Source of the DNA: Catajapyx aquilonaris
Taxonomy: Eukaryota
Direction of reading: 5' to 3'
Length of the DNA: 62,137 bases
Assembly (NCBI GenBank): GCA_000934665.2
Contig: JYFJ02002160.1
Coordinates: 1-62,137 of the forward strand
Under the pieces are notes generated by a model, which saw only the letters and a list, made by a program, of their open reading frames with translations, ran no database searches and had not been told where the DNA came from. Made by a program: the position numbers and the translations under genes. Each line of letters begins with the position of its first letter. The first letter of the stretch is position 1. Below are positions 38,401-49,600 of the stretch, in pieces.

Positions 38401-41400
38401 CAATGTGTGGAATTTCAGGAGCATTCCCCCGGAAATATTTTTGCTATCCAGAGTCATTAGCCAGCAGTTTCAATATTAGGTCATTGCTCCCAGGAAATGA
38501 AAAGTTCAGATGAGATAATCTTGACCTAGTATTGAACTCCGGTGCATGCCAAGAACCCTTCCATCATAAGTTTCAATCAGAAGGGCGTGGAAAACATTAA
38601 GTCCACTAATTTTCTTTTTTTCTTCTTCTGTTCCTTCCTTCCTTCCTTCAGTTCAAGGCCAACCCGAACCCTTTCGCCGAGGGCCACGGCCTCGTCTTCC
38701 GCTCCTTCGTCCACCTCTTCCAGCAAGTGGGCAATAAGAAAGAATGTCAATTTGTTCTTCGAGCCTCCTTCCTCGAGATCTACAACGAAAAGGTAATTGC
38801 TATGGACAGCATGTCACTGTCAAATTGCTCAGAAGCTACTCGTTACCTTAGCATACCATGGTCAAGTGTCATATTTGAAAGGCTCGTGCTGGTACTGGCG
38901 ATCTGGATTCTCCTGCATGACGTGCAGCTCCTGGACAAGCGATTCCTTATGGTGGCCATGGCTAGACAATAGTCTGCCATAATCCTCTATTAATTAATGT
39001 CGATGGCATTGAATCCCACCCCTTTCCCCTCCACCAACCATATCATATATGCATATTAGCATGTCAATTACGAATACTAATGATTCTGAAAAGAAAAAAA
39101 AAACATTGTCACTCTAATATTGAGCTCGTGTCCTACTGGTTGTGAATACATGATGACTCCCCCTTTCCGCCCCCCTCCCCCGTTTCTACCCACGCACATG
39201 GTATGCCTTTTGCAGTCGATTCGGTCACCCGGCAACGGCCCTGTTTGCCCGCCGTTTTCAAAGCAGTTGTGACGTCATATATGAAGGGGGGGAGGGAAGG
39301 GTGCGGATTCAGGTATGCTCCTATATATGCTTAAATTCAGAAGAAAGTTGTCTAAAACCTATTTTACATGACATGGAACAAACACTGAGTTAGATTCACT
39401 CTTGCACACTATTGATCAGGATGGATCCATTTTTTTTTGACTCAGAAGTGCCTTCACACTGGGATTGGTTTGCATGTTGTGCGTGCAAAACGTCCATGCC
39501 AACGAAAAGTCTGCTGAGGGGTGGAGGGGAAGGAGGAGGGAGAAGGAGGGGTGTCAGGGGAATTCTAAGTCAACACGTGAACTGCACCGCAGAGTACGAA
39601 TTAGAATGCCGGAAGCATTCTTAGTTTTCCAAAATTAACGGGTTATTAGGGAAGGTTATTTAACCATAGTGGTCAGAATATGGATCGAACTCTGATTTAT
39701 TAAACTTATAATATAAGTTTAATAAATCTTTCGATCCATATTCTGACCATCCATATTGTTGCTTTGAAATGAAGCAACGTTGCAAAATTCACGTGCATTA
39801 CACACATTTGAGCCGCACAATGGCCATCACTTGACTATGAGTTGATTCCCACGTAAATTATCGGACTCCGGTTTACGACACCGCAAAAAAGGGACAAGCT
39901 TAAATGGACAAAAGCGGTCGAAAACCATAGCGAATCGACCATAAATCAGCCCATTAGTTCCGCTAGCAAAGCAGCTGTTGTGGTAGTAGCTTGACCTACC
40001 CCACATGGTCCTACCCCAAACCCTCGTTCCCCTCTCCCTCGACGTATGTAACATACACGTCATGATGTGTGTGATTGTTCCCCCCTCAACCACTTATTTC
40101 CCCCCCTCACAGGTGATTGACCTCCTGAATCCAGGGACAGCCAGGAAGCCACTGGCTGTCAGATGGTCCAAAAAATCTAGAGGATTTTTTGTGGAGAACC
40201 TCTTTACTGTTGAGTGTCAAGAACTTGATGACCTCTTGGCTGTTCTTGAAGAAGGTGATTATGATGGATTGTTTGAATCGCACATTTTAATTGCGAATAT
40301 CTTCCAGGCCTAAGGAACCGAGCTGTCGGATCGCACAACATGAACGAATATTCAAGCAGGAGCCATACAATTCTGACCGTCTATATTACCTCCGAGCAGC
40401 AGGTACAGTGTCCGGGGTGTATAAATAAAACCGGGACTGGTCTTTTATCTTTAAGAACACGCCTCTAGGGAACACGAAAGAGTTTACGTGATGCCCGGAA
40501 AGAAATATTGTGCACGCAATTCGAACATATTCGCTTTAGTCTGGGGTACTATAATTTACCATTATGTGATCAGGGTTTTAGTTTGAAATTTTGGTAGTAC
40601 CCAAAATGGGCGTAACCGGAAGTATAGTCTATGGGTTGCGGTCGAACGCCTTATCGGAGCTACCAAATGTCAATCAAAATTCTCGATTGTTCATTGAGCA
40701 AAATATTCTCATTTCGAATCTAAACATGCCTTTTTGCATGCAGCTTTATGCAATATTGAGAACTGCGCCCTTTTTGTTAGGGTATGAAGTCCTCTAAAAA
40801 TGGCAACCTCAATTATTAGAAAATGTTAATTGATACATAATTATTGTTTTATTTACTGCAAGTATTGTCAACAAATATCATTGTTTTTTTACGTACATAT
40901 TATGCTTGTTTAAATTCCAGACTGGAGTCAAACTACTGTTAGATAAAATGGGCTTCAATCGCTTATCATACTAAAGAAACAAATGTGCGCTAGGGGAGGT
41001 TACGACCGTGACACTATAGACTACTCTGCCTGAACGTCGGTTGCCAAATCTCCAATAATATAATAGTTCCCCATGAGGGCCTCTGAACTCATTTATTTTC
41101 CATGTATCATTGCTGACGGAAATAACCCAAGTAAATGCTTGCGTGACGGTCTGTCCGAACGTGTGACTTCCCAATAAGCATTTACGTACGTTTGACGTAC
41201 ATATTACGACTCTAAATGATGTATTTCAATGATAGGTTACATAATGACACAATTTCAAAATGTTCTTAAAATTGATAAAAATTTTAAAATGTCTCAATTA
41301 TAAAATAATACTTTATTGGATTGTATTACTATATCGTTACATAAGTAGTTCTTACAACACATTCGCTGAAATGTCACTCAACAATATTTTAGGCATCCGA

Positions 41401-42885
41401 AGAAGGCGTCTTCATTTCAAGACACGGCAAGCTAAACTTTGTTGACTTGGCCGGTTCCGAAATGACCAAGAAGACTCAGAGTGAAGGAAAGACTCTGGAG
41501 GAAGCCAACAACATCAACAAAAGTTTAATGGTGCTAGGATATTGTATCGCTTCATTAAGCGATCCCAAGAAGCGTAATGGACACATCCCGTACAGAGACA
41601 GCAAGCTCACCAAGCTTTTAGCTGACAGCCTTGCTGGAAATGGTGTCACATTAATGGTCAGTAGTCAGCATGGCGGTGGTTCACATGGCTTGTACTTACA
41701 TATGTAATATTGTTACAGATCGCTTGCGTTTCTCCAGCGAGGTCTAACATTAGTGAAACGCTCAATACATTGAGATATGCTGCTCGGGCTAAGAGGATTC
41801 GCACAAAACCAGTCATAGTCATGGTGAGTTTTTCGACCATATTTTTACAACAATTTTTTGACACCGTGTTGCTTAGGATCCTCGGGAGGCGCTCATACTA
41901 AGTCTCAAGAGGGAAGTCAACACTCTTAGGAACGAGAATGAACACTTGAGAAATCTTCTGGATGTCAAACCAAGTGGGGCACCACTAGGAATTGCAGGAG
42001 CGCCAGCCCTTCTATCGCTAGGTACTATTGTTGGTTCATGCTTTTGGCACGTTTATATTAAACGTTTCTTTTGTGTACAGCTACCCGTGTTGGTACGCCA
42101 CCATCGGCTGACCTGGACAAACTGCGTCAGCTGGAGAGTGACAAACTGGCTGACATGGTCCATGACTACCTGGTAGAGAATGAGACTCTGAGGAAAGAAG
42201 CTTCTGAGCTTGCTTCAGTTAGGGACGTACTTCTTCGCGACCAAGAACTGGTGTGTCGAGAGAACGAGCGGTTGCTCAAGAAGCTGGAGGACGTCAACTC
42301 GTAAGTGCTTGGTGTTTCTTATCGCCAATACATGTTTCATGTTTCGCATCCCAACAGCGTCTGCATCCGGTCTCCCATCGCTCCTGTGAGACCAACATAT
42401 TCGGCCGAAATGCTCAACCTGTCTTTAGCGGCGTCTCCCGAGAGGCCTCCGGATAGGCCGTCGTCGGTGGGTTCGCCTATGACCAACGTCTGGACCAACT
42501 CTGAAGCTCCGGCCACCACCAAGCTGAAGGACCTCTTAGGAGGTCCCAGGTCGCCAAGCCGCCTTGGAAGGACGCCACCGTATTCGGCCAGCAACGGGTC
42601 AGCTCCTGGAACGTCTTCGGGAACAGCCAACGCGCCTCATCGACTCCCGGACTCTGTTCGGAAGGAAATGGACAAGAGGCTCATTGGAAAGAGGTACTTG
42701 TGAAGTGTTTCCACTCTCGAATGGTGTTACAACCTATGTGTTTCAGTATGAACAACATTGCTGACTCTTATCGAGAGAAGGCCCACCGTCGTCAGAACTC
42801 ATGGGAAGGCAGCAGAGACAGCGGCGATGCCACACCACCATTGCCACCAGTCAAAGGGAAGCGAGTTCCCACTACTCCTGAATAA
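30939..42885 (+). CDS. KIF12: Kinesin-like protein, KIF12 (kinesin-16)-like; exon 1 30939-31201, large intron, motor exons from 37671; 3' end uncertain
   Basis: [13 protein letters not shown]-loop [34 protein letters not shown] (KIF12-type), switch I NEYSSRSH, switch [30 protein letters not shown], then coiled coil. Phase-2 splice 31201/37671 joins in frame. Confidence 0.85.
31832..33163. mobile_element. ~1.33-kb foldback element (near-perfect palindrome) in kinesin intron 1
   Basis: Arms ~31832-32488 and ~32506-33163 are reverse complements with scattered small indels and substitutions; termini CACAGCGCAACAA ... TTGTTGCGCTGTG; short T-rich centre; no coding capacity. Confidence 0.9.
33650..35050 (-). 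pseudogene. Possible fossil hAT-family transposase fragments
   Basis: Stop- and frameshift-ridden fragments in plausible order: [50 protein letters not shown]. Weak resemblance only. Confidence 0.3.
35304..35403. repeat. Compound microsatellite (ATT)n(GTT)n
   Basis: Seen directly. Confidence 0.95.
35430..35530 (+). mobile_element. SINE-like fragment with pol III B-box
   Basis: GGTTCGAATCC at 35442-35452 followed by CTGACTGTGGTTTTCTGTGGTTTTCC...CTCCAGG, resembling invertebrate tRNA-SINE bodies. Confidence 0.45.
36709..37123. mobile_element. TTAA-flanked MITE with AGG...CCT termini (Kolobok/T2-like)
   Basis: TTAA|AGGGACACTCCACTC ... GAGTGGAGTGTCCCT|TTAA; ~121-bp arms (36709-36830, 37003-37123) around a GC-rich core. 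Confidence 0.88.
39670..39749. repeat. 80-bp near-perfect palindrome in a kinesin intron
   Basis: TGGTCAGAATATGGATCGAA..GATTTATTAAACTTATA A TATAAGTTTAATAAATC.TTCGATCCATATTCTGACCA. Confidence 0.85.
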
Positions 42886-43584
42886 GTTATTGGGTACGTA
42901 CACGACGTGTAATCCCAATCTGGAACATACTTAAACCAGTTTTTACCTCCAGGTAACTGGTGTACGGTCATATAAAAAGGGTGCGACGATACTCCGGAGA
43001 CATTACCCACTCACCGCATCACCACTCCGGGGCAATGCCATTTGGGCTCACTTTGCCATCACATTTCCTCGTCGTTATTACAAGTGTACTTATTTGACTT
43101 CATCCTTAGGGGAATAAAAAATCAGCGTTGATCGCCTTTTGGGAAGCCTTGGTCACTTTCTCTCAATGTCCCTTGGTTTATCCTAGCAGTTAGGCAGCCC
43201 ACCGAACAACAGTGGTGCATGGGTAGCTCTTGAGTGTCAGGATGTACTGTACGTGAGAAGTGTACTGTACAGAACAGTACCATACATCCGGCCAGTACGT
43301 TAATCATAATTATATCAGTAGACATAATTATGCTGCTATTGTATTATTTTACTGTAAGAATCATTATTATTTTGTGAACGATATAATCGGCCCAGATGTG
43401 CAGCCCGACTTTTGCGGTCATGCTCTGAATAGTGAAAGTGAGAGTACGGCGCGGTACGGCGCATGTATCTAGTGGGGTGACACACTTCCGGCAGGGGGCG
43501 CATCGATCGGCCACCGTGGACCATTCTCTTCGGCAGGAAACAGCAGCAGGTGGGAGATTTCTCTCTGTCTCAGAGCAGGGAAAG

Positions 43585-46085
43585 ATGGCGCCCTGTCCTC
43601 GCTGTGATGGTGCCGACTATCAGACACGGCTGCTGGAAGTCCGCACGGAGTTGCTGGAGATTCTGGAACTGTGCAAGGATGCTGAGATGAGCAGGAAGGA
43701 GATGAGGAGCGTTTTCCAGCCGCTAATGTCCAGGCAGATGGTGGAGGAGGATGCTCCTTCTGGTGGGGTTGGTAGGCGACGTCGCAGGCCGGGGCGTACC
43801 ATGGCGGTGGCGGTGGTGCTGGTGGCCATGCTGATGATGTCTTCGGTGTCCACCATCGTCAGGGCCAAACTGACCGAGTTGCTTCATGCGCACGTCAGGC
43901 TGGCGCTTATTGCTGTGAGTTATTATGGTCGATTGGTTTTATGAAGGTTCACCGCCACTGTTTTTTGCGGGACTGACATGAGAATATCAGGCGCCTGTCA
44001 CTCAGCCAGGGGGCATTCAATATTTTTCATCCATGCCAATATATTAGCCACATGAGCTGCACCATATTGTACAGAAGCAATCAAATATTATAGTGTCGAA
44101 TACATACCATTTTGTTAAGTAAAAATCGGGCATTTGGTAAAGTTTTCAGTGCTTGTATGATGGTTCACAAGTATCACGGTAAACACGACAATATGATTGT
44201 GCTACATTTCCAGGCTGAATTATGTGATGTATTTTATTTAAATAACATTAATTTGGAATTGTGTTTTCACACACAATCACAATCAATCACGGCATTTTCC
44301 CAAGATGATGTAAGGCAATAGTATAATTTTTAAAATCCTGAATTCTTTATATTAAATCATGGAAAGTAATGGACAATCTCATATGACGTGTTTTAGTAAT
44401 AAAGTATGCATTTCCCCCCTGTAAGGGATTTTTCCTGTAACGTAAGGTTTTTTTTACGAAATGCCATATTGCTAAATAGAGTACCTGCGTTCTTAAATTT
44501 CGTAAGTTTATTTCCTTAAAAAAATTGCATTAAATAATTTGGGGCTTCTGATACTCTCACTCTGAAAAGCATTACCAGTACTGGAAAGAAGAGTGCTAAG
44601 TTTTCTCTCAGTGCTACTTGAAAGAATCAGTGACAGTACAATGTGCTTCAACACATACTATAATATCTACGAGAAAAATGATTTGAAAAGGGTGACAGTA
44701 CCGGTAATGAAAGAAATACGATCGAATTTTTTTTGCCATAACATGCAACAAATCATTTTCACTTTATTAATCATTAACAAAGTTGTGCTACCATGTATAT
44801 CACATTACGAGAAATATTCAAGTTGGTTTTCAACAAGATTAGAAAGGATATAAAATCTCCAAGTGAATAAAGCCAACTTATGTAATAGACTATACAGGTA
44901 TAGATTGGCTAAAGACACGATCACGTCATAAATAATAATATTCCACATTATTTTTGAAGATGCTGCCACACTGGGACTGGACTAACCTGTACTACTCCAA
45001 GTGCATCATGCGTAACCCTTTCTTCGACGACGACGTCCTGACTGAAGACGACTGCTCTGTATGCGAATCTTTGGAGAGCTTGGAGCGAGTGAAAAACGTG
45101 TCCACTCTAGTCGAGTCGTTCTTGGCCCAGGAGACACCATTTGTGGTCAACGACGCCATGGACGACTGGACTGTCATGGGCACGGATGATCTCTGGTTTG
45201 ATAACATCACCCAGGTACTTATAGTGCCTTCAGTCATATGCCTCTAGATGGGCACAGGACCTCCCATAGTGTGACATCAGTTGTGATTGATGTCGGAGTG
45301 GTCAGTGCCCAGTCTAGTAGCATACAACTGAATATGTTTATCCCTAGTTAAAGGCAATAAACAATGCTCTCCTCAGCCCTTCCTGCAAGAAGAGCGTCTG
45401 CGCAACACTCGCCCATGCACCCTGTCGTCTAACGTGCGTCTCCCTCCCAGAGATCTCCAGGCTTTCCTGAGGTCCCTTGGCCCCCATCGCCGCCACTGGT
45501 TCGTGCACTGGTAAGACACTCTGAACAACCTCTACTTTCGGTACCATTCACGCATCTGTCCTCTTCTTCTAGGGAGAACTGCCACAAAGAGGCGGCCAAA
45601 GTCGTACGTAGATTCTACCAAAGGCCGTACTTTCTGTCCCGGTATTTTGATCTGACCGGGAGCAACTGGGTTCTCATGGCTTCAGACTTCCGAGGGAGAG
45701 TGTACAAAGAGGTAAAAGGAAACTTGCTCCGTAGATATAATATGTATCCCAGGCCAAGGCAGATAAATGCAAGTGATTTGTTCAGATTGCACCGACGGAC
45801 AACCTGATGTTAGTTGCCCAACTCCGAGGCTTCAACCACGTCAGGCTGGTGCCGAAAGACCCTTGTCGAGGACTGTGTCCAGAACTCACTGACATTCTCA
45901 CCGAAGGAGAAATGCGTATGTTGCCTGTGTGTTATGAGTGTATATGTGTGTGTGCTCGTGTTTAATTGTCTAATCTCATTGCAGTGGTGTTTACCAAATT
46001 TCTGTGGAGTATGGAGTACATCCCAGGAGAGGACTCGGACAACCTGGCCTTTGCCATGGAAGTCCGATGGCCCGCTTTTGGGTGA
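43585..46085 (+). CDS. Uncharacterised probable type II membrane protein, C6orf89/BRAP-like with a cupin/JmjC-like lumenal region; about six exons (43585-43913, 44960-45214, ~45379-45511, ~45573-45711, ~45786-45915, 45985-46085)
   Basis: Open spliced frame: basic cluster RRRRR, hydrophobic AVAVVLVAMLMM, LPHWDWT..YSKC, CSVCE, PFVVNDAMDDW, WFVHWENC, RRFYQRPYFL, QLRG..RLVPKDPC..C; TGA at 46083-46085; AATAAA at 46156. Family assignment is from recalled motif resemblance only. Confidence 0.7.
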
Positions 46086-46674
46086 CTACCAACGTATTCC
46101 CTATATAACTTATTGGTGTGTAATGGCTGCAAGGTCAACAACTTGGCAGTAGACTAATAAATCTATTTGACGACCTACCACTCCTTTTGATCTGACACCC
46201 TGACAGGAGATCCTTTGTTGAATTTTGCATGGTGCATATACCCTTAATGCTTTGAAGGGGGTTGGACAGGAGTGTGGAATGAATGAAGCTGGATTGATCC
46301 ATCCACCGACAAGAGGCTTTATCGCACACTGAGGCCCAAGAGCCGGGCGGCCACAACAGTACGAAACACTCGCGCGAAACCAAAGGCACATGAGATGAGG
46401 AACGGGAGGTGAAGCAAGCGTATAGGGACGAGGTAATAAAAAAACGAGTAGGGTAATATAACAGACGAAATTTAGACGGGTGGCCAGGTGGGGGTTGTTG
46501 TAGAGGAAGATAGATAGAGAGATAGATAGAGCCGGAGACAAGAGAAAACTGGACCCAGAGATGTGTTTGTGCTTGAATTCCACCAACCATTGAAACAAAC
46601 GAACCATCCATAGGACGACCACCACTGTTGACACCAGCACCAGCACTGCCGCCACCCCACCCCCATCCCCAGTC

Positions 46675-49600
46675 TCACTTTCCTAGCCCAAATTTCATAA
46701 AGATGAGCTCTTTTCCCTTGGAGAGGAGATTGTCCACTTGGGTGGTGCCCTCTCCGGCAATCTCGGTGAACTTGGCCATGAGGTTGGCACCGCCCGAGGC
46801 AGCAGCGGCCATAGGGGTGGCCGCTGCGGAAGGCGAGGGGGCGGCGGCGGCTGCTGGGGTGGTGGCCCCTACAGGCTCAGGGGCCACCATCTCTGGCACC
46901 ACGGCGGGGATGCCCTTCTGCGCCCGGGGGCTGAGCCGCCGGGCCAAGGGCGTGACTGAGGGGTCCGTGCCGGTGGCGGCTGCTGGGCTGCTGGCCACAC
47001 CGACGGCGGTTGGAGAGGCAGTGGTGGTGATGGCAATCGTTGGCACTTCATCCATCATCATCATCTCTTCTTCCGAAGACCTCAAGCCTCTTCTTCCGCC
47101 TCCCGAGGCTCGTTCCTGCCAGTCCTGCCAGGGGAGGCAAAACGTGTAATGGCCGCAACAGCCTCAACGTCAGAAGTGAACATACCTGATCTCGTCTGGA
47201 CCGATGCTCTCTCCTTCGGTCGTCCAAAGGGTCTTCGTCCCACTCCCTACCAGCGCTCCGAGGGTGGTGCTGCTGGTGTGGTGGTTGGCGTTGATGGTGC
47301 GGCGGCTGCTGGTGGTACAGGCCTCTCTCCTCCGCTTCTCTTGCTCTCCTCGCTGCCTCCTACTCGCGGAGTACGGGGCATGGCGGCAGGAGTAGTAGGT
47401 GTAGGGCAGTGGTAGATTGTTTGAAAAAGAAAAAGAATCGCACGGGCCTGTGTGGTTGCTCTCTGGGTCGCCACGCCAGAGGCGGACCAGGGTCGTGTGG
47501 GCGGTGCGCCTGTGCGTGTTCCCCCCGTGCACATGCACAAGAGCCAATCTTCTCCCAAGTTCTCTCGACTTATTCCTTGTCTCTTTTCCTTTTCACCCAC
47601 TTTTGAAGCTCCCACCGCGGACGTGCTCATGCACCCAACCCAACATCTACCGGCTACAGCTAAGCTAGGCCCACTGGCCACATGCAGCAAAAGCCAAAGC
47701 GCCCGGTCACCTCCCGCTTACTCTGCAGAATTCCACAAGGCGCCTTTGTCTGCCACCTTCAATTATTATCAGATATTGGTTTTTTGTCCATTGACCTTGG
47801 AAGACAAATGTGAAATGGTGAAATTTTATCATAAAATTGGAGTTTCTTCAACGCGATTGATCTTTATTGACACTATGCTGGAATCTCGTCCTTTTCTGCT
47901 GTACTTCATTGTATTGGAAGCGAAATTGAAATGTGTGGAAAAAAGTGGCATCATTATACAGCATTCACCATGCATTTTAGGTTCCTCTGATTAGTTAAAA
48001 TGCAGAAACCCATTCCGATTTATATCAGAAAAAGTCTCGCGGTAAATAAATTCTGCCTCGCGGCCGAAAAAGCATCAGTACAGCAGAAGTGGCATGTTAA
48101 TAAACATGTGTCCAATACCGCAGGAATAAATTCCCTGGTGCTGATCAACCTGAATTACGCGCTGCTACGGTTAATTTACCGCAAATCACGGAAGCAATCG
48201 ATTCCTTGTAGGAAGTGATGTCCATTTGAAACAGATCGACCGTTCAGTGCGGGAATACTGCGCAATTGCTAACTCGAGTGTGCCAAGGCCATTAGTATAG
48301 CAAAAAGGTATGATATATGCAGCGAGTAGCGGGAAGTGGCCAATGGGCGGCGTCGGAAGGCCGAAGACCCCGACAGCCATCCACTTACCTCGCGCTCTCT
48401 AGGGTCTACGGGGAAGGGACAGGCATCTAGCAAAGAGAGAGACACATGGGAGAGACAGATTAGTGGCAGGGGCTGCAGCGGACAGAGCTTGTTGCGTCTC
48501 GGTCCCTTCCCAGTGTAGAGGGCAGGTGGTGGTGGTGGTGGTGGTGAAGGTGACACATAGAGGAAGAGATGAGGTACCGAGGTGGTGAGGGTGGTGAAGG
48601 TGTCGGTACCCAAGTGATGGAATGTGAGAGAAGGCCTAGGTGGAGGTTGGATGTGATTTGCCATGGCCAACAGTGATCAGTGGGGCGTTGTTACATTACT
48701 ACTAGTGTTAGTAGTTCTTGGTATAGTTTTGTGGTATTGTGGTAGTAGGTGGTATTGATGGTGGCAGTTGCGAGGAAGAGGAAGCGTCTTGACGTCGGCA
48801 GCGTCACTGTCGCTTCCGTCAGTCCGTCCCCACCCAGTCAATGCAAACACCGAACAATGATCAGAGAGAAAGAAAGAGCGAGAGATAGAGAGAGAGAGAG
48901 AGGGAGAGGGAAAGACAGAGGAGAAATAGCAGATAGACAGACACCCATGCGCCATGATAAAGACGCCACTGTGCAGCTTGGGCTCGGTTGCTTTGGTGTC
49001 TCTGTAACGTGACCTCCTGGCACCCCGCCCCCAAACCTGTGCCCCGCTCACACTTTGGTTCTTACCCGCCTTCACTAGCGAGCATCAAAAAGTTCCTGCC
49101 TGATTCTTTCTTCTCCCAAACCGCTGCCAAAATTTCTGCCCCCTTCTCATGTACAAAAACAATAAGAAATTATGCTTAAAAGCAAAACAAAAAAAAATAG
49201 TGTGTACCTCTCCTTGCCAAAAATCTCTTACACTTTTCCTTTCCTTCCCAAGCCTCTGTTCTCTTGAGCAATGTCTTCCTCTCATGAATTATCAATTGTG
49301 GATGTCCACCAACGACGATCAACAGATATCCAAGTAATATGCGTCATTTGTGGACATCCATTCATCATGTTACAAAAAATTATCAGGTAGTTTGTTTGCG
49401 TCAGTCCTGTCACAAGGCATGGATGATTTATAAGTGGTATACTTTCAGTGATCTCTACAAATAAGTTTCTAAAACTTTGAATGTGGAAGAAAGGTCGTTA
49501 ATATAGACAACTACAAGCAGACATGTCTACGGAAGAGTAGAATGTAATAACTTCTATGAACTCATTATGGGTCTTGAAAGAGAAAGGAAACTTTTGACAA

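Noticed and set aside
46628..47994. Several plus-strand ORFs of 88-180 aa
   Set aside because: Antisense shadows of low-complexity RIM-BP terminal exons and adjacent intron.
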